Source: Macrostomum hystrix
Lineage: Eukaryota; Animalia; Platyhelminthes
Direction: 5' to 3'
Length of the DNA: 64,000 nucleotides
NCBI GenBank assembly: GCA_950097015.1
Contig: CATNEN010000039.1
Coordinates: 16,802,001-16,866,000, forward strand
Of this stretch, positions 34,290-46,726 are shown piece by piece. Under the pieces are notes generated by a model, which searched no databases, had not been told where the DNA came from, and was given only the letters and a program-made list of their open reading frames with translations. Made by a program: the position numbers and the translations under genes. Each line of letters starts with the position of its first letter. Position 1 is the first letter of the stretch.

Positions 34290-37200
34290 CCATGTTTTAA
34301 ACCCTGCTGGGCTATGATTCAAACTCTCGTTTTACCATGATTCAGACTCTGGTTGACTATGATTCAAACCGTGGTTTGGCCATGATTCAAACTCTGGTTT
34401 AGCCATGATTCAAACGCTGTTTTTGCAATGATTCAAACTCTGGTTTAGCCATGATTCAGACTCTAGTTTAGCCATGATTCAAACTCTGGTTTAGCCATGA
34501 TTCAAACTCTGGTTAGCTATGATTCAAACTCTGGATTCACCTTGATTTAAATTTAGCCATGATTCAAACGTTGGTTTAGCCATGATTCAAACCTTGGTTT
34601 AGCCATGATTCAAACTCTGGTTTAGCCATGATTTTAACTTTAGTTTAGCCATGATTCAGACGCTGTGATGATTCAAAGTCTGCTTTAGCCATGATTCAAA
34701 CTCTGTTTTAGCCATGATTTAAACTCTGGTGTAGCCATGATTCAGACGCTGGTTTAGCCATGATTTAAACTCTGGTGTAGCCATGATTCAGACGCTGGTT
34801 TAGCCATGATTCAAACTCTGGTTAGCTATGATTCAAACTCTGGTTTCGCCTTGATTCAAACTCTGGTTTTGCCATGATTCAAACTCTGGTTTAGCCATGA
34901 TTCAAACTCTGGTTTAGCCATGATTCAAACTCTGGTTAGCTATGATTTAAACTCTGGATTCGCCTTGATTTAAATTTAGCCATGATTCAGACTCTGGGTT
35001 AGCCATGATTCAAACGTTGGTTTAGCCATGATTCAAACCTTGGTTTAGCAATGATTTTGAATCATCCTTCAAACTCTGGGTTAGCCATGATTCAAACGCT
35101 GGTTTAGCCATGATTCCAACTCTGGTTTAGCCATGATTTAAGCTCTGGTTTAGCCATGATTCAAGCTCTGGTTTAGCCATGATTCTAACGCTGGTTTAGC
35201 CATGATTCTAACGCTGGTTTAGCCATGATTCAAACTCTGGTTTAGCCATGATTTAAGCTCTGGTTTAGCCATGATTCAAGCTCTGGTTTAGCCATGATTC
35301 AAACTCTGGTTTAGCCATGATTCAAACTCTGGTTTAGCCATGATTCTAACGCTGGTTTAGCCATGATTGAAACTCTGGTTAGCCATGATTCAAACTCTGG
35401 TTTAGCCATGATTCAGACTCCGGTTGACTATGATTTAGACTCCGGTTGACTATGATTCAAACTCTGGTTTAGCCATGATTCAAGCTCTGGTTTAGCCATG
35501 ATTCAAACTCTGGTTTAGCCATGATTTAAACTCTGGTTTAGCCATGATTCATACTCTGGTTTAGCCATGATTTAAGCTCTGGTTTAGCCATGATTCAAGC
35601 TCTGGTTTAGCCATGATTCAAGCTCTGGTTTAGCCATGATTCAAACTCTAGTTTAGCCATGATTCAAACTCTGGTTTAGCCATGATTCAAACTCTGGTTT
35701 AGCCATGATTCAAACTCTGGTTTAGCCATGATTCTAACGCTGGTTTAGCCATGATTCTAACGCTGGTTTAGCCATGATTCAAACTCTGGTTTAGCCATGA
35801 TTCAAGCTCTGGTTTAGCCATGATTCAAGCTCTGGTTTAGCCATGATTCAAACTCTGGTTTAGCCATGATTCAAACTCTGGTTAGCTATGATTCAAACTC
35901 TGGTTTAGCAATGATTCAAACTCTGGTTTAGCCATGATTCAGATTCTGGTTTAACCATGATTCAAACTCTGGTTTGCCATGATTCAAGCTCTGGTTTAGC
36001 CATGATTCAAACTCTAGTTTAGCCATGATTTAAACTCTGGTTTAGCCATGATTCAAACGCTGGTTTTGCCATGATTCAAACTCTGGTTTTGCCATGATTC
36101 AAACTCTGGTTTAGCCATGATTCAAACTCTGGTTTAGCCATGATCCAAACTCTGGTTTAGCCATGATTCAGACTGTGGTTTAGCCATGATTCAAACTCTG
36201 GTTTAGCCATGATTCAAACTCTGGTTTAGCCATGATTCAAACTCTGGTTTAGCCATGATTCAAACTCTGGTTTAGCCACGATTCAAACTCTGGTTTAGCC
36301 ATGATTCAAACTCTTGTTTAGCCATGATTCAAACTCTGCATTAGCCATGATTCAAACTCTGGTTTAGCCATGATTCAAACTCCGGTTTAGCCATGATTCA
36401 AGCTCTGGTTTAGCTTGAACTCTGGCTGGCTATGATTCAAGCCATAGTTTAGCCATGATTCAAACTCTGGTTTAGCCATGATTCAAACTCCGGTTTAGCC
36501 ATGATTCAAGCTCTGGTTTAGCTTGAACTCTGGCTGGCTATGATTCAAGCCATAGTTTAGCCATGATTCAAACGCTGGTTTAGCCATGATTCAAACTCTT
36601 GTTTAGCCATGATTCAAACTCTGCATTAGCCATGATTCAAACTCTGGTTTTGCCATGATTCAAACTCTGGTTTAGCCATGATTCAAACTCTGGTTTAGCC
36701 ATGATCCAAACTCTGGTTTAGCCATGATTCAGACTGTGGTTTAGCCATGATTCAAACTCTGGTTTAGCCATGATTCAAACTCTGGTTTAGCCATGATCCA
36801 AACTCTGGTTTAGCCATGATTCAGACTGTGGTTTAGCCATGATTCAAACTCTGGTTTAGCCATGATTCAAACTCTGGTTTAGCCATGATCCAAACTCTGG
36901 TTTAGCCATGATTCAGACTGTGGTTTAGCCATGATTCAAACTCTGGTTTAGCCATGATTCAAACTCTGGTTTAGCCATGATTCAAACTCTGGTTTAGCCA
37001 TGATTCAAACTCTGGTTTAGCCATGATTCAAACTCTGATTTAGCCATGATTCAAACTCTGGTTTAGCCACGATTCAAACTCTGGTTTAGCCATGATTCAA
37101 ACTCTTGTTTAGCCATGATTCAAACTCTGCATTAGCCATGATTCAAACTCTGGTTTAGCCATGATTCAAACTCCGGTTTAGCCATGATTCAAGCTCTGGT

Positions 37201-37580
37201 TTAGCTTGAACTCTGGCTGGCTATGATTCAAGCCATAGTTTAGCCATGATTCAAACTCTGGTTTAGCCATGATTCAAACTCCGGTTTAGCCATGATTCAA
37301 GCTCTGGTTTAGCTTGAACTCTGGCTGGCTATGATTCAAGCCATAGTTTAGCCATGATTCAAACGCTGGTTTAGCCATGATTCAAACTCTTGTTTAGCCA
37401 TGATTCAAACTCTGCATTAGCCATGATTCAAACTCTGGTTTAGCCATGATTCAAGCTCTGGTTTAGCCATGATTCAAACGCTGGGTTAGCCATGATTCAA
37501 ACTCTGGTTTAGCCATGATTCAAACTCTGGTTTAGCCATGATTCAAACTCTGCTTTTGCCATGATTTAAACTCTGGTTTG
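34290..37580. repeat. Minisatellite, 23-bp unit gccatgattcaaactctggttta (Helitron cargo)
   Basis: Tandem copies with many variants and block duplications. Confidence 0.95.
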
Positions 37581-38689
37581 CTTTGAAAGATGATATTTTA
37601 TTTACGAAATGAAAAAAATAAATTTAAATAATCTTCAGTCACTACTGGCTGAAAATTAGTCTAAATTATTTGACGCAGTGCAGAATCGAACCCTAGCCTA
37701 GCCTAAACTATTCCTAGTGCCTACACATCGGCTATCGGCTATTCCGACTGTTGGTTAGTGGGTGCAAAAATCAGCCTTATAAAATGAATTCTTAAAGTTC
37801 TGGCTTTGTACAATGAAGTAAGAAAATAGAGTACACTCAGTCTCGCGGTTTGTTGTGTACATTTATTTCCAATTTGTCTCCAGAGTGCAGGCTTTTAACT
37901 CAGTCAGCTAGTGGGTGTTGTGCAAGTTGATGATGCAATTCTAACTCAGTGGCAGTCAGTGAATGAAATTCTCAATAGGCCAAGATAGTTTGACCTTTGA
38001 AATGGTCAAAAAACATGTTTTTCGAATATTTAATCCCCTTAGCAATAAAGTTAAGCTTAATAAAAATACGTGTATAATTGTCCCCATATTTAGCATCTTT
38101 TGGTGAAGAAATAGTGAAAATCGGTTGAGCCGTTCGGGAGAAAATCAATTACAACCAACCAAGCAAGCATTTCATTTTTAGTATAGTAGATATAACAGCC
38201 GAGTTGTGCTGGGGTGGCGGCTAAAGCCGCACCCCGTACATCAGTTAACGTGCGTGCCAAGGGGGGTAGAAAGGTGGCAGAGAGAAAGACGCAGAACGCC
38301 GCCAACCCCACGCACGCGTGACGGCTGGCGCCGCCTACAATCAATAATCCTGATTAAAGTGCATGTTGTCCTTGCTGAAATGAGTTTCTTAATTTCAGTC
38401 TTGGTAATATGCTGAAGATATTTTTTAGTAACTATGTACTAATAGAATTGATTTCAGAACGTTATCCGAGTATAGTGCTATAAACTACAGATTCGGATAT
38501 TTCATGCCATTGCAATTCATATGTATCTGTCTTTCTTATTTAAATTTTTACATTAAATAAATTTCGCTTCGTGTTGAAACTTTATATTTTCAGAACACTT
38601 TTTCAAATCTCATCCGCTATCTCTTGTCTTAATTCCTTGTCGAAAAGTGATTCGATTATTAGAAATAGTGAGACTGAGTGATAGTGGAG

Positions 38690-39550
38690 GGTGAGGGCGA
38701 AATTCAGTGTTGGGCTAGGGCGAAACGGGCTGTTAAGTGAGGGCGACACAGAGTGTTAGGCGAGGGCGAAACAGAGTGTTGTGTGAGGGCGAAATACGAG
38801 CGTAGAGCGTTGGCGAGGGCGAAACACGGTGGAGGGCGAAGGCAAAACTCCAGTGTAGGGCGAGGGCGAAACACAGTGGATGGCGATGGCGAAAAACAGT
38901 GGATGGCGAGGGCGAAACACAGTGGAGGGCGAGGGCGAAAAACAGTGGATGGCGAGGGCGAAACACAGTGGAGGGCGAGGGCGAAAAACATTGGATGGCG
39001 AGGGCGAAACATAGTGGCGGGCGAGGGCGAAATTGAGTGTTGGGCAAGGGCGAAATTGAGTGTTGGGCAAGGGCGAAATTGAGTGTTGGGCAAGGGCGAA
39101 ATTGAGTGTTGGGCAAGGGCGAAATTGAGTGTTGGGCAAGGGCGAAACAGAGTGTTTGACGAGGGCGAAACAGAGTGTTAGACGAGGGCGAAACAGAGTG
39201 TTTGCGAACCACAGTGAAGGGCGAGGGCGAAACATAGTGGCGGGCGAGGGCGAAATTGAGTGTTGGGCAAGGGCGAAATTGAGTGTTGGGCAAGGGCGAA
39301 ATTGAGTGTTGGGCAAGGGCGAAACAGAGTGTTTGACGAGGGCGAAACAGAGTGTTAGACGAGGGCGAAACAGAGTGTTTGCGAACCACAGTGAAGGGCG
39401 AGGGCGAAACATAGTGGCGGGCGAGGGCGAAACACAGTAGAGGGCGAGGGCGAAACACAGTGAAGGGCGAGGGCGAAACACAGTGGAGGGCGAGGGCGAA
39501 ACACAGTGGAGGGCGAGGGCGAAACACAGTGGAGGGCGTGGGCGAAACAA
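38690..39550. repeat. Minisatellite, 23-bp unit with constant agggcgaaa core
   Basis: Tandem copies with a variable middle segment. Confidence 0.9.
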
Positions 39551-39669
39551 AAAATTCGAGAGAGAAAATAAATGAGATTGTTTTCAACTAGAAGTACATA
39601 ATCATTTCCCTGTCGATTGATATCAATTCAAGCTTGACGGATTGATAATCAGCAGCCAGTATTGTCGGC

Positions 39670-41536
39670 ATGCTGTTTTCTAGGCCGGACTTCAACGCCG
39701 CTTTGACACGTCTGCGTGACCGTCTAGCCGGCCGGCTGTCTTGGCCGATGCTTCGTCTGGCAAATGTCGGTACGGAGGCCGGCACGCCGGTGATGGAGCT
39801 GCAGGCCAGCCTACTGGTTGCCGGAGCTGCGGCTACTGCTAATGGCCTGGATGACATTGTGCAGGTTATAACTGTCTGTAGGACTGTCTGGTAGACTAAT
39901 GCAGTAGATAGTTGACTGTGCCTGGTAGACTGTGTGAGTAAATAGTTGACTGTGCCTGGTAGACTGTGTGAGTAAATAGTTGACTGGGCCTGGTAGACTT
40001 TGTGAGTAAATAGTTGACTGTGCCTGGTAGACTGTGTGAGTAAATAGTTGACTGTGCCTGGTAGACTGTGTGAGTAAATAGTTGACTGTGCCTGGTAGAC
40101 TGTGAGTAAATAGTTGACTGTGCCTGGTAGACTGTGTGAGTAAATAGTTGACTGGGCCTGGTAGACTGTGAGTAAATAGTTGACTGTGCCTGGTAGACTG
40201 TGTGAGTAAATAGTTGACTGTGCCTGGTAGACTGTGTGAGTAAATAGTTGACTGTGCCTGGTAGACTGTGTGAGTAGAGCCCAGTGTCATGTAGGCTAGG
40301 CGAGTAGATAGTTGACTGTGCCTGGTAGACTGAATGAGTATATAGTTTTGACTGTGTCTGGTAGACTGAATGAGTATATAGTTTTGACTGTGTCTGGTAG
40401 ACTGAATGAGTATATAGTTTTGACTGTGTCTGGTGGACTGAATGAGTAGATAGTTTTGACTGTGTCTGGTAGACTGAATGAGTAGATAGTTGACTGTCTG
40501 ATGGACTGAATGAGTAGATAGTTGACTGTCTGATGGACTGAATGAGTAGATAGTTGACTGTCTGATGGACTGAATGAGTAGATAGTTGACTGTCTGATGG
40601 ACTGAATGAGTAGATAGTTGACTGTCTGATGGACTGAATGAGTAGATAGTTTTGACTGTGTCTGGTAGACTGAATGAGTAGATAGTTGACTGTCTGATGG
40701 ACTGAATGAGTAGATAGTTGACTGTCTGATGGACTGAATGAGTAGATAGTTGACTGTCTGATGGACTGAATGAGTAGATAGTTGACTGTCTGATGGACTG
40801 AATGAGTAGATAGTTGACTGTCTGATGGACTGAATGAGTAGATAGTTGACTGTCTGATGGACTGAATGAGTAGATAGTTGACTGTCTGATGGACTGAATG
40901 AGTAGATAGTTGACTGTCTGATGGACTGAATGAGTAGATAGTTGACTGTCTGATGGACTGAATGGGGTAGAATTGGGTAGAGGAGAATTGAGTAGATAGT
41001 TGACTGTCTGATGGACTGAATGAGTAGATAGTTGACTGTCTGATGGACTGAATGGGGTAGAATTGGGTAGAGGAGAATTGAGTAGATAGTTGACTGTTTG
41101 ATGGACTGAATGAGTAGATAGTTGTCGCACTGTTTCCAATGGAGCGCATGTTCGTATTACTCAGGTGTACCTACACATCGGCTACAACTGCGCCCACGCC
41201 TGTCCCGTGCTGTACTTCAGCCTCAGCCTGTCGGACGGCGTTCCACTGACCTCGTCGGCTGCCGCATCCTTCGTCCGCAGCCGCATTGAGAATTCCTCAG
41301 CTGGAGACGATACAGCGGCGGCTAGTCTGGACCTGTCCAACGTCCTGTCCCAGGTGCCTCATCCCCAGCTGGGTCATCCAGTGTACACCCTGCACCCGTG
41401 CCGCACCGCCGAGTTGATTGACAACCTCACCTCCGCCGCTGCTGATGCCATGCCAGACGATCTGGCTGTGCTTAGCTGGCTGACTGTCTATGGCCGTGCG
41501 GTTGGCATCGACATTCCACCAGAGTGCTTCTTGTAG
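39670..41536 (+). CDS. ATG10: E2-like ATG12-conjugating enzyme; exons 39670-39864 and 41165-41536 (~188 aa)
   Basis: VYLHIGYN..CPVLYF, LSQVPHPQLGHPVYTLHPCRTAEL (catalytic HPC), SWLTVYGRAVGIDIP; phase-0 GT-AG intron. Confidence 0.87.
39885..41125. repeat. Minisatellite, 32-36-bp units, filling the ATG10 intron
   Basis: Tandem copies in three sub-blocks. Confidence 0.95.
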
Positions 41537-41537
41537 G

Positions 41538-43545
41538 CTTGAGAATTGGGTAGCTATGAGATTGAGAATCGGGTAGCTATGAGATTGAGAATTGGGTAGC
41601 TATGAGATTGAGAATCGGGTAGCTATGAGATTGAGAATTGGGTAGCTATGAGATTGAGAATCGGGTAGCTATGAGATTGAGAATTGGGTAGCTATGAGAT
41701 TGAGAATTGGGTAGCTATGAGATTGAGAATTGGGTAGCTATGAGATTGAGAATTGGGTAGCTATGAGATTGAGAATCGGGTAGCTATGAGATTGGGAATT
41801 GGGTAACTATGAGATGGAGAATCGGGTAGCTATGAGATTGGGAATTGGGTAACTATGAGATTGAGAATTGGGTAGCTATGAGATTGAGAATCGGTAGCTA
41901 TGAGATTGAGAATCGGGTAGCTATGAGATTGGGAATTGGGTAGCTATGAGATTGGGAATTGGGTACCTATGAGATGGAGAATCGGGTAGCTATGAGATTG
42001 AGAATTGGGTAGCTATGAGATTGGGAATTGGGTAGCTATGAGATGGAGAATCGGGTAGCTATGAGATTGAGAATTGGGTAGCTATGAGATTGGGAATTGG
42101 GTAACTATGAGATGGAGAATCGGGTAGCTATGAGATTGAGAATTGGGTAGCTATGAGATTGAGAATTGGGTAACTATGAGATGGAGAATCGGGTAGCTAT
42201 GAGATTGAGAATCGGGTAGCTATGAGATTGGGAATTGGGTAACTATGAGATGGAGAATCGGGTAGCTATGAGATTGAGAATTGGGTAGCTATGAGATTGG
42301 GAATTGGGTAACTATGAGATGGAGAATCGGGTAGCTATGAGATTGAGAATTGGGTAGCTATGAGATTGAGAATTGGGTAGCTATGAGATTGAGAATTGGG
42401 TAGCTATGAGATTGAGAATTGGGTAGCTATGAGATTGGGAATTGGGTAACTATGAGATGGAGAATCGGGTAGCTATGAGATTGAGAATTGGGTAGCTATG
42501 AGATTGAGAATCGGGTAACTATGAGATTGAGAATTGGGTAGCTATGAGATTGAGAATCGGGTAACTATGAGATTGAGAATTGGGTAGCTATGAGATTGAG
42601 AATCGGGTAGCTATGAGATTGAGAATTGGGTAGCTATGAGATTGAGAATCGGGTAGCTATGAGATTGGGAATTGGGTAACTATGAGATGGAGAATCGTGT
42701 AGCTATGAGATTGGGAATTGGGTAACTATGAGATTGAGAATTGGGTAGCTATGAGATTGAGAATCGGTAGCTATGAGATTGAGAATCGGGTAGCTATGAG
42801 ATTGGGAATTGGGTAGCTATGAGATTGGGAATTGGGTACCTATGAGATGGAGAATCGGGTAGCTATGAGATTGAGAATTGGGTAGCTATGAGATTGGGAA
42901 TTGGGTAACTATGAGATGGAGAATCGGGTAGCTATGAGATTGAGAATTGGGTAGCTATGAGATTGAGAATTGGGTAACTATGAGATGGAGAATCGGGTAG
43001 CTATGAGATTGAGAATCGGGTAGCTATGAGATTGGGAATTGGGTAACTATGAGATGGAGAATCGGGTAGCTATGAGATTGAGAATTGGGTAGCTATGAGA
43101 TTGGGAATTGGGTAACTATGAGATGGAGAATCGGGTAGCTATGAGATTGAGAATTGGGTAGCTATGAGATTGAGAATTGGGTAGCTATGAGATTGAGAAT
43201 TGGGTAGCTATGAGATTGAGAATTGGGTAGCTATGAGATTGGGAATTGGGTAACTATGAGATGGAGAATCGGGTAGCTATGAGATTGAGAATTGGGTAGC
43301 TATGAGATTGAGAATCGGGTAACTATGAGATTGAGAATTGGGTAGCTATGAGATTGAGAATCGGGTAACTATGAGATTGAGAATTGGGTAGCTATGAGAT
43401 TGAGAATCGGGTAGCTATGAGATTGAGAATTGGGTAGCTATGAGATTGAGAATCGGGTAACTATGAGATTGAGAATCGGGTAGCTATGAGATTGAGAATT
43501 GGGTAGCTATGAGATTCAGAATTGGGTAGCTATGAGATTGGCAAT
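41538..43545. repeat. Minisatellite, 23-bp unit gagaattgggtagctatgagatt, starting at the ATG10 stop
   Basis: Direct tandem copies. Confidence 0.95.
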
Positions 43546-43877
43546 CGGGATGGTGTGAGATTGAGCATAGGGTAGAATGAGATGTTGAAAGAGCTTTACG
43601 AATATTTGTGCTTTAAATATTTATATCCTAAATGCCTGTCTTTCGAGTATTCCAAGTTAGCTTTAGAATATATTATAAAATTCTCGCATCATGCTACTAA
43701 ATATACTACTAATTGTCAGCTTGTAAATAAAACGTGCACTAAATTTGAGTTTTTGCTGTACACCGGGACATGTATCTGGTATGTATCTGGTTTGCTATAT
43801 CTGGACACCGGTAGTTGTAAAAAGAATTTTTTTCATATTTTATAATTTAGTTTTTTTCGTAGTAGTTTTTGTTTGCA

Positions 43878-44590
43878 ATGATTTCCAATCATTTCCGATC
43901 GATTCCAATCATTTCCCATCGATTCCAATCATTTCCCATCGATAAAAGTCATTTCTCATCGATAAAAATCATTTCCCATTGATTCCAATCAGTTCCCATC
44001 GATTCCAATCATTTCCCATCGATTCTAATCATTTCCCATTGATTCCAATCATTTCCCATTGATTCCAATCAGTTCCCATCGATTCCAATCATTTCCCATC
44101 GATTCTAATCATTTCCCATCGATTCCAATCATTTCCCATTGATTCCAATTATTTCCCATCGATTCCAATCAGTTCCCATCGATTCCAATCATTTCCCATC
44201 GATTCCAATCATTTCCCATTGATTCCAATCATTTCCCATCGATTCCAATCATTTCCCATCGATTCCAATCATTTCCCATTGATTCCAATCATTTCCCATT
44301 GATTCCAATCATTTCCCATCGATTCCAATTATTTCCCATCGATTCCAATCATTTCCCATCGATTCCAATTATTTCCCATCGATTCCAATCATTTCCCATC
44401 GATTCCAATCATTTCCCACTGATTCCAATCATTTCCCATCGATTCCAATCATTTCCTACCGATTCCAATCATATCCTACAGATTCCAATCATTTCCTACA
44501 GATTTCAATCATTTCCTACCGATTCCAATCATTTCCTACCGATTCCAATCATTTCCTACCGATTCCAATCATTTCCTACCGATTCCAAGT
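43878..44590. repeat. Minisatellite, 20-bp unit gattccaatcatttcccatc
   Basis: Direct tandem copies. Confidence 0.95.
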
Positions 44591-44633
44591 TGAATAAGTT
44601 CCATCGGTCCCTTCGAATGCCATCTTCCAGCTG

Positions 44634-45290
44634 ATGTTCACTCCGCCACGTCAGCTGATTCGCCGGTCGGGTCCCTTCGCCATCGGTCGCCTGACCTACC
44701 TGCGCGAGCTAGCGGCCGAGTTCCGACTAGCCGGCCAATCAGCCGACAGCCGCCGCCAGGTGCTGGCCAATCTGGCCAATTTCGCCTACGATCCGGTGAA
44801 TTTCGACTTCCTCCGCCACCTGGACATTGTGCCCGGCCTGTTTATGGAATGCGCGAATTATAGCCAGGACACTGACGAACTGCGCAGGCTGGCTCTCGCA
44901 GGAATCGCCAATTGCTGTCCCGATCCGCGCAATGCTCAACTGTTGCTGGCATCCGGCCTGATTCCCTGCCTGAGTCGGCTAATCCGGTTGAGTCCTGACA
45001 GTCATTGTCTTCTAACTGACGACAATCAGAGCGACACTGTGCGCCTCTGCCTGACAATACTGGCCCAGTTGGCTGTGTCCGTCCCGGCAGCTGATGTCGA
45101 AATGAACGACTGGCGAACTGGCGTTACTGGCGACCTAGAGCTGTGCCAGCGATTGCGACAGTTGCGGCAGCAGCAGCAGCAGCAGCAGGATGGGACTGCA
45201 ACCGTCAACAATGAAGACGAGACCATTGCCCAAAGAAGGCGAGTGTTATCAAATCTTGCTAGGGTGCTGTGCATGGAACTCGCCATCTGA
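44634..45290 (+). CDS. ARMC7: Armadillo repeat-containing protein 7 (218 aa, single coding exon)
   Basis: GRLTYLRELAAEF...QVLANLANFAYDPVNFDFLRHL is the ARMC7 signature; ttccag acceptor 3 nt before the ATG. Confidence 0.88.
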   Translation: MFTPPRQLIRRSGPFAIGRLTYLRELAAEFRLAGQSADSRRQVLANLANFAYDPVNFDFLRHLDIVPGLFMECANYSQDTDELRRLALAGIANCCPDPRNAQLLLASGLIPCLSRLIRLSPDSHCLLTDDNQSDTVRLCLTILAQLAVSVPAADVEMNDWRTGVTGDLELCQRLRQLRQQQQQQQDGTATVNNEDETIAQRRRVLSNLARVLCMELAI

Positions 45291-45294
45291 TGAC

Positions 45295-45852
45295 TCACGG
45301 TGGTCACTCCCACTGTCACTCCCACTGTCACTCCCACTGTCACTCCCTACAGTCACTCCCACTGTCACACCCACTCCCACTGTCGCTCCCTACTGTCACT
45401 CCCACTGTCACTCCCCACTGTCACTCCCGACTGTCTCTCCCCACTGTCACTCCCCACTGTCACTCCCTACCGACATTCCCCCACTGTCACTCCCTACTGT
45501 CACTCCACACTGTCACTCCCTACAGTCACTCCCTTCTGTCACTCTGTACTGTCACTCCGACCGTCACTCCCTACTGTCACTCCCACTGTCGCTCCCTACT
45601 GTCACTCCCACTGTCACTCCTACTGTCTCTCCCCACGGTCACTCCCCACTGTCACTCCCTACCGACATTCCCCCACTGTCACTCCCTACTGTCACTCCAC
45701 ACTGTCACTCCCTACTGTCACTCCCTTCTGTCACTCCGTACTGTCACTCCGACCGTCACTCCCACTGTCACTCCCACTGTCACTCCCCACTGTCACTTCT
45801 GACTGTCACTCCCCACTGTCACTCCCTTCTGTCACTCCGACCGTCACTCCTA
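45295..45852. repeat. Minisatellite, 12-13-bp unit ctgtcactccc(c)a, directly after the ARMC7 stop
   Basis: Tandem copies. Confidence 0.92.
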
Positions 45853-45865
45853 AGTGTCACATTAA

Positions 45866-46726
45866 CAGTAGAACTACCAGGGGGGGGAATTTCACCCCCC
45901 TGACAGAAATGTTTCTGGCCGATGGTCCGATTTTTCCCATAAGAGCTAGTGTATTTCTATATACACGAATTTGCACTGCGCCTCAGTGCGGCCTTGCCAG
46001 GCCTTCAAAATTGATCAGCATGTCACCCGAATGTGCCTGCATCATCTCCGTCTTCGGTGGTCACCTACCTTTATCTAGACGGAGCAGCTGGACCTTAAAC
46101 AAGTAATAGTTGAGTTTAGGCCAATATCGAGGCTTTATTAGAGAACGTAGAAAAATTCGCTTTAGGGACTCCATTGCCAGCTGGAGGCACCCTGCTGACG
46201 GTGCTGACGGCGTCGGGGTGGTGACTGATTGGTTGACAGACTAGAGGAGCATGTAAAGTAGTTGAGTGTTGCCCAATGTCGAGGCTTGATCAGCGAAAGT
46301 AGAGAAATTCGCTTTAGGGACTCCATAGTCGGCTGGTGCCACTTGTTGAAGGTCCAGCAGCTCCGTCTAGATAAAGGTCGGTGACCGCCGAAGTCGGAGA
46401 TGATGCAAGCACATTCGGGTGACATGCTGATAAAGTTTGAAGGTCTGGAATGGCCGCACTGAGGCGCAGTGCTAATTCGTGTATAGGGGTGTATGAACTA
46501 CACTAGCTCTTATGGGAAAAATCAGACCTTCGGCCAGAAACATTGAATATCTCGACGTTCTGAATAGCTGGCGACTTGTTTCTTGTTTCAGAAGATGCGC
46601 AACAAAAAGTTGGCCCGTGTTCTTGAGTTTCGTGTGCTTGCATTGTTCAGTTCGGGTGCAGCAAAAAAAATTGTCCCCCCCCCTTGGTATAAAAACGGGC
46701 GGCAAAATGGCTTGGTAGTCCTACTG
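45866..46726. mobile_element. TTAA-flanked (piggyBac-like) non-autonomous element with long internal inverted repeats
   Basis: TTAA|CAGTAGAACTACCA ... TGGTAGTCCTACTG|TTAA; inverted repeat ~45908-46104 vs ~46341-46543; direct repeat ~46105-46175 vs ~46258-46326. Confidence 0.8.

Larger units (their letters stand above)
33106..38192 (-). mobile_element. 5.1-kb non-autonomous Helitron carrying two minisatellite arrays, inserted in the Gypsy 5' LTR
   Basis: 5' end (TA)TCTACTATACTAAAAATG; 38017-38192 is homologous to the units at 1-1323; 3' end has a hairpin (tgccccccttcggggagca on +) about 8 nt from CTAG; inserted A|T with no conventional TSD. Confidence 0.85.
28464..38339 (-). mobile_element. 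Full-length Ty3/Gypsy (Mag-like) LTR retrotransposon; 3' LTR 28464-28693; 5' LTR split into 33023-33105 and 38193-38339; TSD ATCAA
   Basis: 230-bp LTRs with TGTAGG...CCTACA ends; TSD at 28459-28463 and 38340-38344; polypurine tract at 28694-28710; PBS-like TGGCATCGC at 33021-33013. Confidence 0.95.

Noticed and set aside
38690-39550. CRISPR-like pattern: constant agggcgaaa core with variable middles
   Set aside because: The variable parts are ~14 nt, related to each other and re-used. The context is eukaryotic with no cas genes.
44634-45290. U12-type introns nearby, given that ARMC7 is a minor-spliceosome factor
   Set aside because: None of the modelled donors has the (G/A)TATCC consensus.
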